Shown: one piece after another, positions 61,312-64,000 of the stretch
How positions within the stretch are numbered: position 1 is the stretch's first letter
Layout of the letters: each line of letters opens with the position of its first letter
Assembly: GCA_963702205.1 (NCBI GenBank)
Contig: OY969724.1
Coordinates: 2,272,001 to 2,336,000, forward strand
DNA length: 64,000 nt
Reading direction: 5' to 3'
Source: an uncultured candidate division Zixibacteria bacterium
GTDB taxonomy: Bacteria > Zixibacteria > MSB-5A5 > GN15 > PGXB01
The notes under the pieces: model-generated
What the model was told of the DNA's origin: nothing
Databases searched by the model: none
Seen by the model: only the letters and a program-made list of their open reading frames with translations
Program-made: the position numbers and the translations under genes

Positions 61312-61977
61312 TCAGTCGCAACCATAACCATCAAATGTCATGGAACCATCGCTTTGTGTTCCTTCAAAGATTGCAACCCACGCAGTAAGGCTGTTAATAT
61401 CAGAATCTCTTATTTCAAATATTAGGTCATAATTTGGCGTTCTTAGCTTAAATCCGCTGTTTCGTTTCAAACAAACATCGATTCTCATGGATTTAGAACT
61501 TGGTGTTTGTACTATGTCAGGATGCTCTCCCACAGCCATTATTGCTATTGGCGGATCGGCTGCCAGGTCTAATCCTCTAAAGCCAATGACGAAACAAGGC
61601 TTATCTGGGCAATTGCCTATGCTAATCGATGCTCCAGTTTCCTTTCTTAGGTTTAAGATTTTTAGAAGCTTAATGTTTGGGTCATTGATATTGAATCCCA
61701 GTGGCCTTACATCATCCTTTCCCGATTGCATTGAGTCTATAGCTATGGTTTCGACCTCATTATTTTGTAAAATGCCACCTATAGCATTCGCAATTTTGGT
61801 CAAAGATTCCGTAAAAGTAGCCACAGAAATAATGATAATTCCGGCTATTATGATAATATAAGTTATTTTGTTATTCTTTAATCTCTCAAAGAATGAATCT
61901 ACTTTGTTATTATTCCGCAAATGATTCAACTCCGCAATAGTCTTTAGTAGGTCAGGAGCCGTGCGCTCTCCTGACAT
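61312..61977 (-). CDS. AT-rich hypothetical membrane-anchored protein
   Basis: 221-aa ORF with an Ile-rich TM; visibly lower GC than its flanks. Confidence 0.65.
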   Translation of the reverse strand: MSGERTAPDLLKTIAELNHLRNNNKVDSFFERLKNNKITYIIIIAGIIIISVATFTESLTKIANAIGGILQNNEVETIAIDSMQSGKDDVRPLGFNINDPNIKLLKILNLRKETGASISIGNCPDKPCFVIGFRGLDLAADPPIAIMAVGEHPDIVQTPSSKSMRIDVCLKRNSGFKLRTPNYDLIFEIRDSDINSLTAWVAIFEGTQSDGSMTFDGYGCD

Positions 61978-61986
61978 CTTTTTGCA

Positions 61987-62196
61987 TCAATCTTTCGCCA
62001 AAACCACGTTCACGGCCTTGACCAATACCTGCACCGTATCGCCTTCTTTGATACCCATCTCGTTGAGCGAATCGATCGTAAACACGGCCTGCATGACGGC
62101 CCCGCCGGCAACTTCGACTTTGACCTGACACATCACGCCGCCTTTTTTGATCTCAATGACTTTGCCCGAAAGATTGTTTCTTACTCCGAGTTTCAT
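61987..62196 (-). CDS. TOBE-domain (Mop/molbindin-like) protein
   Basis: RNNLSGKV.EI..G.V..V and L..GD.V..LVKA..V motifs; GGAGG RBS. Confidence 0.88.
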   Translation of the reverse strand: MKLGVRNNLSGKVIEIKKGGVMCQVKVEVAGGAVMQAVFTIDSLNEMGIKEGDTVQVLVKAVNVVLAKD

Positions 62197-62235
62197 AATT
62201 ACCTCCATTGTTTAGTCCGCCGATTTCTTTTCGCT

Positions 62236-63552
62236 TTATTCATTCTTTTTATCCATCGCCGCCGACTCTCCCGCCAGATAGCCGGTCGAGAACGCCGCCT
62301 GAAGATTAAATCCCCCGGTGTCACCGTCGATATCGATAATTTCCCCGGCCAGATAAAGGCCCTTGAGAATTTTCGATTCCATAGTGCGCGGATTGATTTC
62401 CGAGACGGGAACGCCTCCCGACGTTCTAATCGCTTCTTTAAACCCGCGACTGCCGGAAATCTCGAACCGCAAATCCTTAAGCCACAAGCGCAGGCGTTTG
62501 CGCTCTTCGGCGGTTATCTGATTGCCGGAGACGTCGTGATATATGCGGGTCTGCTGTATACACACCGGGATCAGTTGCGCGGGCAGGAGGCCCTTTAATA
62601 TAGTCTCGAACTGCTTTCTACCCAATGACTCGAAATCGCGCAGCAGTCGCAAATCGAGCTTTTTATCATCGAGAGCAGGTTTGAGGTCGATTGATATTTC
62701 CGCTTTCTGCCTGTTGTCCAATACTTCGACGGCTTGTTTGCTCAATGCAACAACCGACGGTCCACTCAGCCCATACTTCTCGAATTTCATCTCCCCGAAA
62801 TCTTCAGCCAGCTTCTTTTCGTCCACATACAAACTGACATTTATATTTTTCAAAGTCAGCCCGACAAGACCGTCTGAGATTGCGATCGTGGTTTCCAACG
62901 GCACCAGCGCCGGGTGGGGAGGGATGATCGTATGGCCGACTCGTTCGGCGAGCTTGTACCCGTCGCCGGTCGAGCCGGTCGCAGGGTACGATTTCCCGCC
63001 GGTCGCGAGAATCACCGCATCGGCTTTATACAAGCGTCCATCGGTGCGAAACTGTGTCGCCGCTTTCGTTAGAGGAGAGGATATGGCGCTTTTCGGTTCG
63101 CGCGGCACCTGCACGCCGACGATGTGTCCTTCCTCCTGAATCAGCCATTCCACCGGCGAGCGGGTCCGGATCGAAACCCCGCACTGCCGCGCCCAGGCTA
63201 TCATAGCTTTGGCTATTGCGATGGCGTCGTTGTCAACCGGGAAAACTCGGCCGCCGCGTTCGGTATCGGCCACGATACCCAACTCATTCATGAACCTGAC
63301 CAGATCGTGAGAAAAGAATTTGTTGAAAGCCTGGCGAAGGAACCGCCCGTTCTTCCCGAAGTGCTTCAGGAACTCGCCCAACTCGGCGCTGTTGGTCAGG
63401 TTGCAGCGGCCTTTGCCGGTGATGCCCAGCTTGCGCGCCGGGTAGGTCATCTTCTCGAAAAGAAGCACTCTGGCTCCGGCCAGAGCCGCCCGTCCTGCGG
63501 CCATAAGTCCGGCCGGTCCGCCGCCGATTACTATTATCGTTTTTTCTGACAT
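62236..63552 (-). CDS. HI0933/YhiN/BaiN-family flavoprotein
   Basis: GGGPAG, TGKGRCNLTN, ATGG.SYP.TGSTGDG and GGFNLQAAFSTG motifs. Confidence 0.92.
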   Translation of the reverse strand: MSEKTIIVIGGGPAGLMAAGRAALAGARVLLFEKMTYPARKLGITGKGRCNLTNSAELGEFLKHFGKNGRFLRQAFNKFFSHDLVRFMNELGIVADTERGGRVFPVDNDAIAIAKAMIAWARQCGVSIRTRSPVEWLIQEEGHIVGVQVPREPKSAISSPLTKAATQFRTDGRLYKADAVILATGGKSYPATGSTGDGYKLAERVGHTIIPPHPALVPLETTIAISDGLVGLTLKNINVSLYVDEKKLAEDFGEMKFEKYGLSGPSVVALSKQAVEVLDNRQKAEISIDLKPALDDKKLDLRLLRDFESLGRKQFETILKGLLPAQLIPVCIQQTRIYHDVSGNQITAEERKRLRLWLKDLRFEISGSRGFKEAIRTSGGVPVSEINPRTMESKILKGLYLAGEIIDIDGDTGGFNLQAAFSTGYLAGESAAMDKKNE

Positions 63553-63645
63553 TACAGATTCATTATATCTAATTTGTTTACATCTATCAATTTAATTGAC
63601 AACCACCCACGATTTTGTGGATATTTTGCCGATAGGAAATATACG

Positions 63646-64000
63646 ATGAAACCACAACCGTTCGATCTGGAACCGGGCCGCTCGCTGGGCTCGAACTACG
63701 ATATCGTCGATTTTATCGGCGGGGGCTGGGAAGGCGAAGTCTATAAAATCAAAGAACGCAAAACCGGGATCTACCGCGCGGCCAAGCTGTTTTATGACCG
63801 CGACGGTCGCAATCAGCCGTTATTAAAGTACGCCAAAAAGCTTAACAAGCTCAAAGACTGCCCGATCATAATACAGTACCATCACCGCGACACTGCGAGA
63901 ATAAGGGGCAAAGTCTGCGAGTTTCTGGTGGCTGACTTCATCGAAGGCCAGATGCTTTCGGATTTTCTGAAAGGCCAGAAGAAGAAGCGCCTTTCGTCAT
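63646..64000 (+). CDS. Ser/Thr protein kinase-like protein, N-terminal part (runs off window)
   Basis: Manual translation ...YDIVDFIGGGWEGEVYKI...RAAKLF... shows the Gly loop and the AxK lysine. Confidence 0.75.
   Translation, partial: MKPQPFDLEPGRSLGSNYDIVDFIGGGWEGEVYKIKERKTGIYRAAKLFYDRDGRNQPLLKYAKKLNKLKDCPIIIQYHHRDTARIRGKVCEFLVADFIEGQMLSDFLKGQKKKRLSS

Overview
Bacterial chromosomal window from a diderm organism. PorV-like, Omp85 and LPS-heptose genes suggest the FCB superphylum, possibly candidate Zixibacteria (inference only, no search run). Positions 1-24.6 kb hold the core superoperon: 3' end of rpoB, rpoC, str (rpsL-rpsG-fusA-tuf), and complete S10, spc and alpha clusters. Several r-proteins carry long charged C-terminal tails, and the rpsG-fusA spacer is long and potentially structured. 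Positions 24.7-37.7 kb hold housekeeping and envelope genes (plsY, gpsA, MerR-type regulator, surE, acyP, apt, GH57, M48, beta-barrels) and three tRNAs (Pro-GGG, Pro-CGG, Arg-CCT). Positions 38-45 kb form a candidate surface sorting/glycosylation locus: PorV-like barrel, priming sugar transferase behind a sigma54 promoter, PEGA protein, FN3 lipoprotein, membrane protein and an orphan NtrC-type activator. Positions 45-57 kb hold an NSS transporter with a small subunit missing from the ORF track, a frameshifted uppP, a GT9-GmhB fusion, amrS, and an operon of zincin/beta-propeller Omp85, BamB-like lipoprotein and HEAT protein. Positions 57-64 kb hold hsp20-dnaK-J protein behind four helically phased palindromic boxes and a sigma54-like promoter, a REP-like hairpin, an AT-rich orphan, TOBE and HI0933 genes, and a kinase cut by the window end. 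No rRNA, CRISPR array, transposase or integrase was seen. All calls come from motif recognition by eye.
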